DNA of 64,000 nucleotides from Elusimicrobia bacterium GWD2_63_28 (lineage in GTDB: Bacteria > Elusimicrobiota > Elusimicrobia > Elusimicrobiales > UBA9959), in assembly GCA_001799895.1 (NCBI GenBank), contig MGUI01000044.1, forward strand, positions 55,483-119,482. Direction: 5' to 3'. The notes under the pieces were generated by a model. That model was given only the letters and a program-made list of their open reading frames with translations. It ran no database searches and was not told the origin of the DNA. Numbering within the stretch: the first letter of the stretch is position 1; each line of letters begins with the position of its first letter. This document shows positions 62,882 to 64,000 of the stretch, piece after piece. A program made the translations under genes and the position numbers.

Positions 62882-64000
62882 ATGCTGAAATACCTGAAGT
62901 TGAGACATTTGCTTTACCTGCTGCTGCCGGCGGCCGGGGCCGCGGCGGCGGTCTATTACACCCTGCCGGTCAACCGGGTGAACATGCGCTCCGGGCTGGT
63001 GATGCTCGGGGACCTGAACTCGGACAATAAGTGGGACTCGAAGGACGGGGACCTGTTGGCCGCCCTGCTCGAAGACCCGTTCTCCGCACCGCCCGAAACG
63101 GCCTTCAAGACGGACGTCAACCACGACGGCCTGCTGGACGCCGAGGACATAGCCCTGCTGAAAGCTCTTTACGCCGGCGGCGACCCTTACGAGCTGCGCG
63201 CAGCCGCCCTGAAGGCTGGCCGGGCCTTTCCTTACCCGCGCGAGTTCTTCCGCTACGTGCCGGGCAGCGAGTATGTACAGCGCCCGGTGCTGGCCCTCAG
63301 GCACAAGGCCGAGGACGGCACACCGCTGAAATTCCTGCGCGCGGTGCGGGAGAGGGCGGGAGACGGCTATGCCCGGCGGCTGCGCCATGAGATCTACAGC
63401 GAGGGGATCAGGTTCTCCATCGCTTACGCCAGGAGAAAGGCGGAGCTCAACCCCGTAGAGGCCCGCTACGCCGGGGACAAGATAAGCCGCTGCGCCGCGC
63501 TCTGGGCCGCCGGGCGGGACTACGACCTGCTGCTGGAGCTGATGGGGCTTACCGAGGACGCCGAAACACTGACGATGGCCGGGCAGCCGCCCTTCGTGGC
63601 TAAGGTTATTTATTTCAGGGACCACCTGAGGGCCCTGCTGGAATCCGCGGACTATAAAAAGTACCAGGCCGGGGGCCTGCCGCCGGAGGAGATACTGGGC
63701 CGCATGCAGGCCCTCCTAAAAGAGGACCTGGGGCTGGAGATAGACCTGGCGGAACTGAAGTCGCCGCGCAACTTCCTGGACCTGAGGAATTACCTGGAGC
63801 GCGCGCGCTGGCAGTATTACAAGTCTTCCGCTTCACGCCGCGATTTCCGCAAGTTCCTGCTCTTCGCGCAGTACGACCGGCGCTACCTGCGCGCCGCGGC
63901 CCGCACCACGCGCAAGCACGGCGACGCGCCGCTGGAGAACCACAACCTGCCGATGATACTGCTGTTCCGCGAGGCGATGGCCATAAAGGGCTGCAGCAAG
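62882..64000 (+). CDS. Hypothetical membrane-anchored protein with two dockerin/EF-hand-like Ca-binding loops, 3'-truncated by the window edge
   Basis: My own translation gives 373 codons open from the ATG at 62882 to the window end. The N-terminal hydrophobic helix is LLYLLLPAAGAAAAVYY. The loops are GDLNSDNKWDSKDGDLLAALL and TDVNHDGLLDAEDIALLKALY. This ORF is not in the supplied track because no stop is reached. Confidence 0.5.
   Translation, partial: MLKYLKLRHLLYLLLPAAGAAAAVYYTLPVNRVNMRSGLVMLGDLNSDNKWDSKDGDLLAALLEDPFSAPPETAFKTDVNHDGLLDAEDIALLKALYAGGDPYELRAAALKAGRAFPYPREFFRYVPGSEYVQRPVLALRHKAEDGTPLKFLRAVRERAGDGYARRLRHEIYSEGIRFSIAYARRKAELNPVEARYAGDKISRCAALWAAGRDYDLLLELMGLTEDAETLTMAGQPPFVAKVIYFRDHLRALLESADYKKYQAGGLPPEEILGRMQALLKEDLGLEIDLAELKSPRNFLDLRNYLERARWQYYKSSASRRDFRKFLLFAQYDRRYLRAAARTTRKHGDAPLENHNLPMILLFREAMAIKGCSK

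Overview
Gene-dense, high-GC bacterial chromosomal segment (about 60-75% GC by eye in most genes). I saw no rRNA, tRNA, CRISPR array, transposase or integrase.

**Layout, left to right**
- **2-2896:** three coiled-coil genes. The first carries three tandem 62-aa repeats.
- **2930-23404:** a large Wzx/Wzy-type surface-glycan locus.
  - It opens with a Wza-like exporter, a Wzc-like tyrosine autokinase and a Wzy-like polymerase.
  - Next is a visibly AT-richer three-gene cassette (flippase, GT4, methyltransferase) ending in a terminator, then a GT2.
  - A GT-C/GT87-like membrane transferase sits on the opposite strand.
  - The locus ends with a nine-gene translationally coupled operon: three GT4, a radical SAM/SPASM enzyme, three methyltransferases, a WbqC-like protein and an AsnB::GT9 fusion.
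  - No priming phosphoglycosyl transferase or sugar-nucleotide genes are visible.
- **23500-27040:** a secreted PLD-family protein, an Ala/Pro-rich membrane protein and an orphan minimal class III nucleotidyl cyclase.
- **27094-31012:** a TPP-riboswitch-controlled thiC-thiD-thiE-(PurM-like) operon.
- **31169-33615:** a HEAT/NlpC-P60-like secreted protein and a membrane metallophosphoesterase.
- **33616-36373:** an AT-rich islet of secreted proteins, one of them flanked by 71-bp direct repeats that duplicate the 5' end of an EamA transporter gene.
- **38161-46700:** a minus-strand run of argF, rtcB, an ankyrin lipoprotein, class I fumarase and sdhCAB, with a long structured spacer between sdhB and the fumarase gene.
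- **46871-50368:** a 1165-aa NHL/FN3/transglutaminase-like/TPR protein.
- **51989-57037:** a luciferase-less GNAT + LuxE + LuxC::adenylating-enzyme operon.
- **Right end:** housekeeping-type enzymes.

**Best candidates for undescribed biology**
- the LuxE/LuxC-fusion operon;
- the radical-SAM/AsnB-GT9 glycan-tailoring operon.

All family assignments rest on motif reading only. No database search was run.
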